Assembly: GCA_045863295.1 (NCBI GenBank)
Contig: BTWA01000007.1
Span: 77,889-141,888, forward strand
Length of the DNA stretch: 64,000 nt
Direction: 5' to 3'
Origin: Candidatus Hydrogenedentota bacterium
Lineage (GTDB): Bacteria > Hydrogenedentota > Hydrogenedentia > Hydrogenedentales > SLHB01
Positions 26,632-35,807 of this stretch are shown in pieces (positions within the stretch are counted from its first letter, which is position 1; each line of letters opens with the position of its first letter). A model generated the notes under the pieces. That model was given only the letters and a program-made list of their open reading frames with translations, was not told the origin of the DNA and did not search any database. A program made the translations under genes and the position numbers.

Positions 26632-28715
26632 GGTCTTGGCGGAAACCACATGCTCATGGGATCCGGCCCGTCGCCCGTCTTGAGCACCTTTTCCACTTCC
26701 AGTTTTCCCATGTCAATCACATGCAGACCGTCGAGATGTTCGCAACCCACAAATGCCCGTTTCTCATCCGGGGTCAACTCGACTCCAATGGCAAACGGCC
26801 CCACGGCGATGCGTTTCAGCTCCGTGCGGGTCGTCACATCAATGACAATGAGTTCGCCTTTCTCCGTCCAGCTCGGCACGAGCGCCTTCGTTCCGTCTTT
26901 CGTGAACTTGATACGCACGGGCATGCCGGGACAGGGAAAGGTCTCAATGGGCTCATGCGTGGCGAGATCGATGATCGTGATCGAACCACCGGATTGATTC
27001 GCGGCCCACAAGTGTTTTCCATCCGGCGTAAACGCCATGCCTTCGACGCCCTTGCCGCAGGGGATTTGCTTCATCAATTCTCCGGATTTCCGGTCGATTA
27101 CTGACACCGTCTGCGATTCGATATTGGCGGTATACAATCGCTCGTTGTCCGGCGACACGAGCACCATATGCGATATCTTGCCGTGCGTGGGAATGGCTCG
27201 CGTCACCTCGTGTGTGGCCGTATCCACCTCCACGACGAAACCGGTCTGTCCGGCGGTGAAGTAAGCATGCTTTCCGTCGGGCGCCATGGTGGCCCCGTGG
27301 ATGCGCGTGTACTCGCCGGTCTTGATCTGTTTGATGTGTTTTCGCTGCGTCAAATCGACGACCGAAATTGTATCCCCCGGCGCTTCGTAGTTGGAGAGAT
27401 ACATGAACCGCTGATCCGGCGTGATGCACATCTCATGGGGATTCGGTCCGGTCGAAATCACGTCCAGCACGGCAAGCGTATGGGGATCGATAAACGTGAC
27501 GGTATCGTCATGCTTGTTCGCCACGGTGAAGATCGGCCCTTCGGGCCACACGGCCACCCCGCGCAAGGTCTCCGCCGAAGCAATCTCTTTCAAGACCGCA
27601 AACGGCGGCTCTTCACCACGTTCGCGCGTGGTGAAGAAATTGAACACTTGAATGCCGTCCGCGCCGACCTGCCACAATCGCCGCGCCATCTCGCGATACA
27701 TCTCCGGTTCCCGTGCAACTTCAATGGACGCATACAAAGGGAATTCCTGGGGCAACGCTTTCCGGTACGCCTTGAGGGGCAAGGGAAAATCATTCCGCAA
27801 GTAGTGCGAAACAATCACCATATCCAGCAGTCCGTTCTTCGCCCACGACACCGGATCGATTCCAATGGCCGTGTTCTGTTCCGGTTTGGCCATGATCCGC
27901 GCGCACAACAAAATTGGCCGTCCCCGCTGGTCTCCGATCTCCTTGGTCATGGCGCGAATCTCACTCATCCAAGCCGTCATCGTGGGGATGTGCTGTTGTT
28001 CCTCGCCGGGCTTGAAGTACATGGGAAACCGCTGGAAATCGAGATCAAGGCCGTCGAGGTCGTAGCGCTCGCAACATTCGCGAAGCATGGCCAAGGTGTA
28101 CGCCCGCACCTCGGGTATCGCAAAGTTCAACCCCGCCGGAAGCCACGTAGCCACGATCGGGTGCGTGTCCGGACCCAGAATCTCGTGATACACCGGCGGC
28201 AAGGGATCGCTGTGTTTGCCGATGCGCCACTCCGGATGGTCTTTCCAGAATCGCGAGAGAATGACGTGGTCTTCATATTCAACGGCATGAACCTCGTTCA
28301 AGCGAAACGATATGAACGCCTCCATGCCGCGCTCTTTCGCGCGCGATAGGATAAGCGCGATCGGATCATGACCGGCCGAAATCAGCCCGCGCAGATTGAG
28401 GATCCCGCGCTCGGTCGTCTTCTCGGCCGCGTCCGGCGTAATCCGCGCCGCAATCGCGGGGTTCACGTGCTCGCCGATAAAGTCGCCCACCTTCGTGGGA
28501 TAGTTCAGCGTCATCCCGATGTTGGGGCTCATCAGGAACGTGGTAACCTCCGTATCCGCGACTTCATCCACATGCCGGTACACATCCTCCGGCGTCATCG
28601 GCGGCTGCTTGTAAATAAACATGTTGTCGCCGTCGCTGTTGTACAAAATCCGGTGCGGTCCCGCGTGTGCAGCAACAACAACGAACAAGAAACCGGCAAA
28701 AAATCTACACGTCAT
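26628..28715 (-). CDS. Secreted fusion protein: N-terminal glycoside-hydrolase-like TIM-barrel domain (GHL/DUF4015-type, tentative) + C-terminal YVTN-family beta-propeller repeats
   Basis: Signal peptide MTCRFFAGFLFVVVAAHAGP. The N-terminal half (LYNSDGDNMF...DLDGLDLDFQRFPMYF) resembles uncharacterised GH-like TIM barrels. The C-terminal half has about 6 repeats of the YVTN propeller pattern (GPNPHEMCITPDQRFMYLSN...ISVVD; ATMAPDGKHAYFT...VVEVD; MVLVSPDNERLYTAN...VSVID; GMAFTPDGKHLWAAN...ITIID). Its stop overlaps the stop of the convergent gene 23698..26631 in the tetranucleotide CTAG. Confidence 0.65.
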   Translation of the reverse strand: MTCRFFAGFLFVVVAAHAGPHRILYNSDGDNMFIYKQPPMTPEDVYRHVDEVADTEVTTFLMSPNIGMTLNYPTKVGDFIGEHVNPAIAARITPDAAEKTTERGILNLRGLISAGHDPIALILSRAKERGMEAFISFRLNEVHAVEYEDHVILSRFWKDHPEWRIGKHSDPLPPVYHEILGPDTHPIVATWLPAGLNFAIPEVRAYTLAMLRECCERYDLDGLDLDFQRFPMYFKPGEEQQHIPTMTAWMSEIRAMTKEIGDQRGRPILLCARIMAKPEQNTAIGIDPVSWAKNGLLDMVIVSHYLRNDFPLPLKAYRKALPQEFPLYASIEVAREPEMYREMARRLWQVGADGIQVFNFFTTRERGEEPPFAVLKEIASAETLRGVAVWPEGPIFTVANKHDDTVTFIDPHTLAVLDVISTGPNPHEMCITPDQRFMYLSNYEAPGDTISVVDLTQRKHIKQIKTGEYTRIHGATMAPDGKHAYFTAGQTGFVVEVDTATHEVTRAIPTHGKISHMVLVSPDNERLYTANIESQTVSVIDRKSGELMKQIPCGKGVEGMAFTPDGKHLWAANQSGGSITIIDLATHEPIETFPCPGMPVRIKFTKDGTKALVPSWTEKGELIVIDVTTRTELKRIAVGPFAIGVELTPDEKRAFVGCEHLDGLHVIDMGKLEVEKVLKTGDGPDPMSMWFPPRP
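26640..26695. repeat. Right copy of the roughly 55-60-bp imperfect direct repeat, lying inside the 3' end of the GHL-YVTN gene
   Basis: See 22018..22075. This copy encodes the true C-terminus ...KTGDGPDPMSMWFPPRP*. Confidence 0.6.
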
Positions 28716-29093
28716 CGATCCCCCTCTCCTGCGTCACAGGCCAACGTTCGCCTTCAACGCTTAACAAAGCAGAAAACAGTGAGAAATTCCATCAATAACC
28801 CTTGTTTTGTTTTTTTGATTCACCTGCGAAATGCAACACCCCATGACAAATAAGTAAGAGTAACATGTAACAAGACTCGAGCACAGGTGTTGAAATGCAT
28901 CTTCATCCGCGTGAATCCGGATTCTCTTTTCCGGCCTCGGAATAGGCTTGTCGCTTGAAACCGGTTTCATTCGCGATAGTTACCGATAGAGCATAGAGCG
29001 ACTTTAGGAGTCTTCGCACGGGCCCCGCAGGTTTCCCAGAAAGAGAATAAGAAGCGTAGTCGGACGCCCATTGCATGGACTCTGCCCATGCAC

Positions 29094-30506
29094 CTACGCC
29101 AGCACGCCCTGTACAACCTTTCCGTGTACGTCCGTAAGCCGGTATAGGCGTCCCTGAAATTTGTACGTGAGCCGCTCGTGATCGATGCCAAGCAAGTGCA
29201 ACAGCGTGGCATGGAAATCGTGCACGTGCACGCCGTTCTCCGCCACGTTGTAGCCGAACTCGTCCGTCTGGCCGTACGACAGGCCCGGTTTCACGCCGCC
29301 GCCCGCCATCCACACCGTAAAGCAGCGGGGATGATGATCGCGCCCGTAGTTGCCGTCGCTGAGTTTGCCCTGCGAGTAGTTGGTGCGCCCAAATTCGCCG
29401 CCCCAGATGACCAGGGTCTCGTCCAGCATGCCGCGCCGTTTCAAGTCCATGATCAGGGCCGCGCAGGCCTGGTCCGTCTCTTTGCATTTTACTGGGAGAT
29501 TCTTCGGCACGTCGCCGTGATGGTCCCAGTCCCGGTGGTACAGTTGAATGAATTTCACGCCCCGCTCGGCCAATCGCCGGGCCAACAGGCAGTTCGACGC
29601 GAAAGAACCGGGATCGCGCGAATCCGGCCCGTATTCCTCAAAGATCGAATGCGGTTCGTCGGACATGTCGGTCACATCCGGCACGGAGGTTTGCATGCGG
29701 TAGGCCATTTCATACTGCGCAATGCGGGATTCCAATCCCGTGTGCCCGGTTTGTGCCAGTTGCCATTCGTGCAACTCCTTGAGCCGGTCCAGCAACATGC
29801 GGCGGCTTTCGCCCGTCACGCCGTCCGGGTTGGTCAGGTAAAGCACCGGATCGGCCCCGGCCCGGAATTGCACGCCCTGGTGGGTTGATGCAAGGAATCC
29901 GCTGCCCCAAAGCCGCGAATACAGCGGCTGGCCGCCCTTGGCCTTGGTCAACATCACCACGAAGGAAGGAAGATTCTCGTTTTCGGATCCCAGGCCGTAA
30001 GACAACCAGGACCCGATGCACGGCCGGCCCGAAAGTTGGGATCCGGTCTGCAGAAACGTAATCGCGGGATCGTGATTAATCGCCTCCGTGTACATGGAAC
30101 GAATCACGCACAACTCATCCGCCACCTGCGCCGTGTAGGGAAGCTGATCGCTGATCCACTGCCCGCTTTGGCCATGTTGCTTGAACTGGAATACCGACCC
30201 CGCGAGCGGCAGGGACGACTGGTTCGCCGACATGCCCGTGAGCCGCTGGCCCTGCCGCACGGAGTCCGGCAACTGCTGCCCATTGAGCTCGTTCAGCAGC
30301 GGTTTGTAATCGAACAAGTCCATCTGCGAGGGACCGCCGCTCTGAAAGAGATAGATCACCCGCTTCGCCTTCGGCGCGTAATGGGGGAGATCCAATGCCA
30401 TACCGGGTGCAACGCTCGCACCGGCCCCGGAGGGATTGAGTAGATTGGCCAAAGCCATGCCGCCAAGGCCCATGCCGAACCGGTTCAAAAAACGCCGACG
30501 GCTCAT
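29094..30506 (-). CDS. DUF1501 domain protein (sulfatase/alkaline-phosphatase-like fold) with Tat signal
   Basis: The N-terminus MSRRRFLNRFGMGLGGMALANLLNPSGAGA has a twin-arginine motif. The rest fits the conserved DUF1501 layout, including the ...DHHGD... and C-terminal GGGVKPG-type motifs. The internal Met at 30506 is preferred over track 30554. Confidence 0.85.
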   Translation of the reverse strand: MSRRRFLNRFGMGLGGMALANLLNPSGAGASVAPGMALDLPHYAPKAKRVIYLFQSGGPSQMDLFDYKPLLNELNGQQLPDSVRQGQRLTGMSANQSSLPLAGSVFQFKQHGQSGQWISDQLPYTAQVADELCVIRSMYTEAINHDPAITFLQTGSQLSGRPCIGSWLSYGLGSENENLPSFVVMLTKAKGGQPLYSRLWGSGFLASTHQGVQFRAGADPVLYLTNPDGVTGESRRMLLDRLKELHEWQLAQTGHTGLESRIAQYEMAYRMQTSVPDVTDMSDEPHSIFEEYGPDSRDPGSFASNCLLARRLAERGVKFIQLYHRDWDHHGDVPKNLPVKCKETDQACAALIMDLKRRGMLDETLVIWGGEFGRTNYSQGKLSDGNYGRDHHPRCFTVWMAGGGVKPGLSYGQTDEFGYNVAENGVHVHDFHATLLHLLGIDHERLTYKFQGRLYRLTDVHGKVVQGVLA

Positions 30507-30564
30507 GCCGTCCAGGGGCTCCGGACCGGTGCAAACGGGGCAATGTCTATCCATGAAACCAACC

Positions 30565-33500
30565 TCAATACTTGGTTTGAAATGCGTCCACGTTCATGAT
30601 CAATTGGGCCACGGCGGTGGCGGCTGCATACTGCGCGGGATCAAAATCCTCCCGCCGCGGTCTTTCGCCCACATCCGTGTAGGCAATGGCTTCTTCGGCA
30701 TGTGCGGTGTAATACGCAACTTGCTCGTCGTATGCCTGCTGTAAAATTGCCGCTTCTTCCGGCGAAGGGCTTTGGCTCGTTAATGCGCGGTACATGTGCG
30801 TAAGGCGCGCTTCCACATCGGAATGCGCATCCATCGCCTTTTCGGCCAATACCCGCGAAGCTTCAATATACTGCGGATCGTTCAACAGGATCAGGGATTG
30901 AAGCGGAGTCGCCGTGACTTCGCGCCGCACCGTGCACACTTCCCGGTTCGGCGCGTCGAACGTGGCCAACGTGACCGGATGCACCGTGCGCTTCCAGTAC
31001 GTGTACATGCTTTTCCGATAGAGACCGTCGCCCGAGTCGGGCACATAGGTAAGGCCGCTGGCGTCAATCCAGAGATCCGTGGGCTGATACGGCTTCACAC
31101 TGGGTCCCCCCACGGTCGTCACCAGCAGGCTGCTGGCAGCAAGTGCATTATCCCGTATCAGTTCCGCGGAAAGCCGCTGCCGCGGTCCACGTGCGAGCAA
31201 AACGTTGTGCGGATCGCGGTCGGTCAGGTCCGGGCGCGGAGTCGAGTCCTGGCGGTACGTCGCGGACATGACAATCAACTTGAGCAGTTGTTTGGTATCC
31301 CAGCTGGAGTCCCGGTATTCCTTGGCCAGCCAGTCCAGCAAATCCGGATGGGAAGGCGCGCGGCCCTGGGTGCCGAAATCCTCCTGGGTTTCCACCAGTC
31401 CACGGCCAAAAACCATCAGCCAATACCGGTTGACGGCCACGCGCGCCGTCAACGGGTGGTCAGGCTCGAAAAGCCATTGGGCCAATCCCAGGCGGTTTGC
31501 AGGACGCTCGCCGAACGGCATAATGCTCTCCGGCGTGGACGGTTGCACCGGATCGGTCGGGTGATCGTACGCGCCGCGAGCCAGCACGTACGCCTGTCGC
31601 GGTTCCGGCATGTCTCGCATCACCATAATTTCAGGAACCCCGCCAATAAACGTATTCTCGATTTCCCTGGCGACCTGCAATGCCGTTGTGGCATCGCGAT
31701 ACGCCGGATCGACCGCAAGAAGGTAATACGCAAAGAGCGAATCCTCGGCGGCAGGATCCGTCCCGGTGCAACGTTCCGCGATAATAGTAGGGAGATCGTG
31801 TTGGCCGGCTATGGATTCCACTTCCAGCGACGAAATCTCGCGATCGAAAACCATGAATTCATCGAGAAGGCCGTTCGTGAATCCGTTGTCGCGAAAGCGT
31901 TGCCCAAGATGGAGGGCAGGGGAGTCTTTAGGGTCGGCGTACATGATTGTTTTGTACAGATTGTCGCGAATCACCTCTGTTTCAAGGAGTGTGCCGTTCA
32001 TGAACAGGCGGATGCCGGAAGCCTTGCTGGAGCCGTCGTAGGTCACGGCCACATGTGTCCAGGCGTCGATGGGAATCGCTTCCTTCGCGGTCACCCGCAC
32101 GGCATTGCCCGGCCAAAAGTGATTCAACGCAAACTCAGGCCGGCCCTGATTCAGCAGAAGCTCGTAGCCGCGGCTGGCGGCATCGAGAGACGCCTTGGAC
32201 GCATGGCACACCACCATGCGATCCGTATGGCCCGGAATTCGGATCCACGATGCAATGGAAAACGGTTGGCACCGTTCGAACTTGCCCTGCTCGGCGAGTT
32301 TCACCGCGTCTTCGCCGCTAAATAACGCGGCGTGGCCCACTTTGCCCTCCGTTGCGGTCACGCCGGAGTCGACGTCCGCGGGTTTGTCCGCCGTGCTCGT
32401 ATTGGGCGTCTTGCCATCGGAAATTTCGTCGAACGGTAAGTGTGCGATAGGCGCCAGCGGCGGCGCGTTTCGATCGGGACTGTTTCGCCACGCAACGAAG
32501 CGCTCGCGAGCCGGTTCGATGGCCTGTGCGCGTTCGGCAACCTTGGCCTGTATCGATTCCATGTGCCGGACGTGTTCCGCGCGTGATTCCTCGGTCGTCA
32601 GGAACATCCCGGGCGACGGAGTTGCATTGGTGAAGTGGGAGTACATCCCCGATTCGTCCAGATTGTTGAAAAACGAGAACAGGCTGTAGTAATCGCGTTG
32701 CGAGATGGGGTCGAACTTGTGGTCGTGACAGCGTGCGCAATCCATCGTCAGACCGAGGAACGCGGTCGAGAAAGTATTCGCGCGATCCGCAACATAGGCC
32801 ACGCGGAATTCTTCAGGGATACTGCCGCCTTCGTTGGTTTGACGATGTAGGCGGTTGAATGTCGTGGCAAGGACCTGATCCTGGCTTGGATTGGGCAGGA
32901 GATCGCCTGCAAGCTGCCACGTTACAAATTGGTCGTAGGGCATGTTTTCAGTGAATGCCCTGATGACCCAGTCCCGCCAGGGCCATACAAACATTTCGAC
33001 ATCCGCCTGATAGCCATAGGTATCGCCATACCGCGCAAGATCGAGCCACTCATTGGTCATGCGCTCGCCGTACGCCGGCGACTCCAAAAGCCGATCGACC
33101 AGCCGCTCATAAGCGCCTGGCGCTTCGTCGGCAAGAAACGCGTCAATCTCTTCAAGCGATGGCGGCAACCCGGTAAGGTCCATGGAGACTCGGCGGATGA
33201 GGATTTCTTTGTTCGCTTGGGGTGAGGGTGTCAATCCCTCGGCCTGCAAACGCTCAAGGATAAACAGATCGACAGGAGTCTTCGCCCAACCTGCGCTGTC
33301 TCGAATATCCGGCAGTGGGGTGTCCGCCAACGGAATGAACGCCCAGTGTGGTTTGTATTCGGCGCCCTCCCGGACCCATCGAACCAGTTTCTCAATCTGG
33401 GTCGAATCCAGTACGCGCTTGGAATCGGGCGGCGGCATTTTCTCAGATGGATCTCCGCTCGTGATACGCTTGACCAGTTCGCTTGCATCCGAGTTTCCAG

Positions 33501-33723
33501 GCACGACCGCGCCCTTGCTCTTGGCCTCCTCGGCGACGTCCAGCCGGAGTCCGGCCTTGCGCTGGTTGGCGTCCCGGCCGTGGCAATGAAAACAGTTGTC
33601 CGCCAGGATCGGCCGGATATCGCGATTGAAGTCCAGCGGTTTCGTTTGGCCGTATGCGGCTGTGGCAAAGCCGGCAAATGCAGCCCAGAAGGAATAGAAC
33701 AAAACAGCCCGATACATAAACAC
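30565..33723 (-). CDS. Planctomycete-type cytochrome c domain protein (PSCyt1/PSCyt2/PSD1; DUF1549/DUF1553) with concanavalin/LamG-like insert
   Basis: Signal peptide, then a heme-binding CxxCH (DNCFHCHG) near the N-terminus. DUF1549-like ([21 protein letters not shown]) and DUF1553-like (C-terminal) regions are present in 1052 aa. The gene sits immediately upstream of the DUF1501 gene, the canonical pairing. Confidence 0.85.
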   Translation of the reverse strand: MFMYRAVLFYSFWAAFAGFATAAYGQTKPLDFNRDIRPILADNCFHCHGRDANQRKAGLRLDVAEEAKSKGAVVPGNSDASELVKRITSGDPSEKMPPPDSKRVLDSTQIEKLVRWVREGAEYKPHWAFIPLADTPLPDIRDSAGWAKTPVDLFILERLQAEGLTPSPQANKEILIRRVSMDLTGLPPSLEEIDAFLADEAPGAYERLVDRLLESPAYGERMTNEWLDLARYGDTYGYQADVEMFVWPWRDWVIRAFTENMPYDQFVTWQLAGDLLPNPSQDQVLATTFNRLHRQTNEGGSIPEEFRVAYVADRANTFSTAFLGLTMDCARCHDHKFDPISQRDYYSLFSFFNNLDESGMYSHFTNATPSPGMFLTTEESRAEHVRHMESIQAKVAERAQAIEPARERFVAWRNSPDRNAPPLAPIAHLPFDEISDGKTPNTSTADKPADVDSGVTATEGKVGHAALFSGEDAVKLAEQGKFERCQPFSIASWIRIPGHTDRMVVCHASKASLDAASRGYELLLNQGRPEFALNHFWPGNAVRVTAKEAIPIDAWTHVAVTYDGSSKASGIRLFMNGTLLETEVIRDNLYKTIMYADPKDSPALHLGQRFRDNGFTNGLLDEFMVFDREISSLEVESIAGQHDLPTIIAERCTGTDPAAEDSLFAYYLLAVDPAYRDATTALQVAREIENTFIGGVPEIMVMRDMPEPRQAYVLARGAYDHPTDPVQPSTPESIMPFGERPANRLGLAQWLFEPDHPLTARVAVNRYWLMVFGRGLVETQEDFGTQGRAPSHPDLLDWLAKEYRDSSWDTKQLLKLIVMSATYRQDSTPRPDLTDRDPHNVLLARGPRQRLSAELIRDNALAASSLLVTTVGGPSVKPYQPTDLWIDASGLTYVPDSGDGLYRKSMYTYWKRTVHPVTLATFDAPNREVCTVRREVTATPLQSLILLNDPQYIEASRVLAEKAMDAHSDVEARLTHMYRALTSQSPSPEEAAILQQAYDEQVAYYTAHAEEAIAYTDVGERPRREDFDPAQYAAATAVAQLIMNVDAFQTKY

Positions 33724-33841
33724 CTGACCATCAAGTTGCAGCCGCGCCCTCGTGGGGCAGGAGACACACTCGCATCTCTTGCCTTACTCTACAACCCTCG
33801 GCCGAAAGGCGCAAGGAGCCTGCCGTCGCGACGCAGGGCGG

Positions 33842-34891
33842 TCACATCCACCGGTACTGCTGTTCGATGCTGTCATGGGGCCGGTAAGGATGGATAACTT
33901 CCTCCAATTGGGGCCCCAGAATCTCCATTTGGGAGGACTCAAATGCCCCCATGTTCGCCTGGGCGCAGAAGACCAAGTAACCGATCTTGGCGGGGTCAAA
34001 GCCCATGAGGCGCGCGGCGGTACAATCCGCGGCGAGGAAGTCGGTGCTGGCCACGGCGACGCGGTGATCCACCGGTTCGCCTCCCACCGGCCCGTTGTGT
34101 TCCATGCCCTGAAACCCGTCGAGTACGGTAAGGTGTGGGCGCAGCTTCTGGGACAGCGTGAACAGGTTGTAGTGGATGCCTTGATTCTCGGGTCCGCCGT
34201 GGACCAGATGTTTGTCGCTGGACCCCTGGCTGCCCGCGCCCCAACGGAACCCTTTGTCTTTCAGAATTCCACCCACGGTGAGGTTCTTTATGCCGAGGGT
34301 GACCACGGCGCGGTCATGCGTCTTGAAGTTCGCCGTGCTGATAACAAACGTGTCGGGATCGGTCAGGAATGTCGAGAAGCGGATGGGTACTGCATGGTGC
34401 CGTTCGTTGACGACATGCGCGCGTTCAAAGGGCAGGTCGTCCAAATCCAGGAAACGGACCCGGTACCGGTTTGCAAGCGCCGGATACCCATAGTGATCGT
34501 ATCCTTCCACGGTAGCAGCGTTGGCGGAAGTTTCGGCCACGACGATTTCTTCGCTTGTGAGCGGAGTCAGGAATTCCAAAAGACCTTCCAGACACTCGGC
34601 GTGCGTGGCGGAGAGTTGGTTTTCCGTGCTTACAAGATTGGGTTTGATGACAACCCGCTTCTTCGTAGCAAGCGCGGCCTTGATGGATGGTTCTATGCGC
34701 TTTAACGCGTCGAAAATATTCTGTGCCCGACCATCGCCTTGGGTGACAGCCACCTGACTCGGCGCTGGCGCCAACGTTTGCGCAAGGCCAACAAAGTTGG
34801 CGGTGGCAATTCCGAAAACTCCTCTGGCGGCCAACGACATAAAGTGACGGCGATTGACTACAGACTCCAATTTCGCGTTAGACGTGCGCAT
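33842..34891 (-). CDS. DUF362 domain protein with Tat signal peptide
   Basis: Internal start gives MRTSNAKLESVVNRRHFMSLAARGVFGIATANFVGLA (RR motif). A VVIKPNLV-type core is typical of DUF362. Confidence 0.65.
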   Translation of the reverse strand: MRTSNAKLESVVNRRHFMSLAARGVFGIATANFVGLAQTLAPAPSQVAVTQGDGRAQNIFDALKRIEPSIKAALATKKRVVIKPNLVSTENQLSATHAECLEGLLEFLTPLTSEEIVVAETSANAATVEGYDHYGYPALANRYRVRFLDLDDLPFERAHVVNERHHAVPIRFSTFLTDPDTFVISTANFKTHDRAVVTLGIKNLTVGGILKDKGFRWGAGSQGSSDKHLVHGGPENQGIHYNLFTLSQKLRPHLTVLDGFQGMEHNGPVGGEPVDHRVAVASTDFLAADCTAARLMGFDPAKIGYLVFCAQANMGAFESSQMEILGPQLEEVIHPYRPHDSIEQQYRWM

Positions 34892-35096
34892 GGCGAGATC
34901 TCCCCCTGAACGAAGTAGAAGCAATCCTGGGCAGCCTGGACCCCCATCCGGCCGCCCTGGATCCCGTGGCTTGAGTATACCCCAATATACCGATCGGGCG
35001 ACATCAAGTTTGGCTTAAGCTCATTACTGCAATTGCCGGGACCGATTCAGACGAGAGTTGCTTCTTGGCCGCCATACCGGCGGCACAAGAGAAGTA

Positions 35097-35762
35097 TCAA
35101 GACCGTTTTCGGAACAGCCTGGGGTTGCGTCGTATGAATGCCCGGATTCCGTCTCCAATAAACGAGTATCGCCCCGACTTGAAATAAGCCATACCCATGG
35201 CTGCCACGACAGCGGCGCCTGCTATGTCCACCATTAGGTCCTGCATGGTATCGTCTATGCCTGTCTCCACGCTTTGCATATTGGTGCCTGGGAGGGCTCG
35301 ATCGACGATATATTCAAAGATCTCCCAGATTACCCCCATAAAGACGGCGAACGTCACGCCAAAAAAGCAGACAAACGTGGGATGAATGCCTTTGGGTAGA
35401 CGCGATGTTTGGTTCAGCAGATACAAGGTGATAAAGCCCACCATTCCAAACAAGAATCCGGATCCGGCGTGCAGGGCAAGATCCCACCACCAGAATTTGT
35501 AATAGAAATCACCGGCCGATCCCAGAAAGAAAGACAGGAAGATGAATGCAGCCGATATCAACTGGAACTCAGGCGGCAGATAGATGCGATACCGCTTAAG
35601 CACCGCGGGCACCACGGTCAATGCAATCACGAGCAGCGTTAGAAATACATTCTCCCAGTCTTGCCGTACGACAAAAACAACCAGGCCAATTGCCATCGTT
35701 GTCTGAATCACAATGGTCAACTTGAGGTAAAGACTTTGGGAATCCGATTCGTCCTCGGGCAT
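35097..35762 (-). CDS. Hypothetical integral membrane protein (5-6 TM helices)
   Basis: Hydrophobic segments run throughout the 221 aa. No catalytic motif was recognised. Confidence 0.5.
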   Translation of the reverse strand: MPEDESDSQSLYLKLTIVIQTTMAIGLVVFVVRQDWENVFLTLLVIALTVVPAVLKRYRIYLPPEFQLISAAFIFLSFFLGSAGDFYYKFWWWDLALHAGSGFLFGMVGFITLYLLNQTSRLPKGIHPTFVCFFGVTFAVFMGVIWEIFEYIVDRALPGTNMQSVETGIDDTMQDLMVDIAGAAVVAAMGMAYFKSGRYSFIGDGIRAFIRRNPRLFRKRS

Positions 35763-35807
35763 ATGGCACTCTATGCAACTCTACGGCCTCGTTATCCGGG
35801 GTCTTCG

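Noticed and set aside
27168-28349. 393-aa plus-strand ORF
   Set aside because: Antisense to the GHL-YVTN gene. No coherent domain.
28716-29093. 378-nt ORF-free region considered as a possible ncRNA
   Set aside because: No conserved structural motif recognisable by eye. Most simply explained as the promoter/5' UTR of the GHL-YVTN gene plus the 3' UTR of the DUF1501 gene.
30796-32325. 509-aa plus-strand ORF
   Set aside because: Antisense to the DUF1553/PSCyt gene. Arg-rich low-complexity translation.
33752-34705. 317-aa plus-strand ORF
   Set aside because: Antisense to the DUF362 gene.
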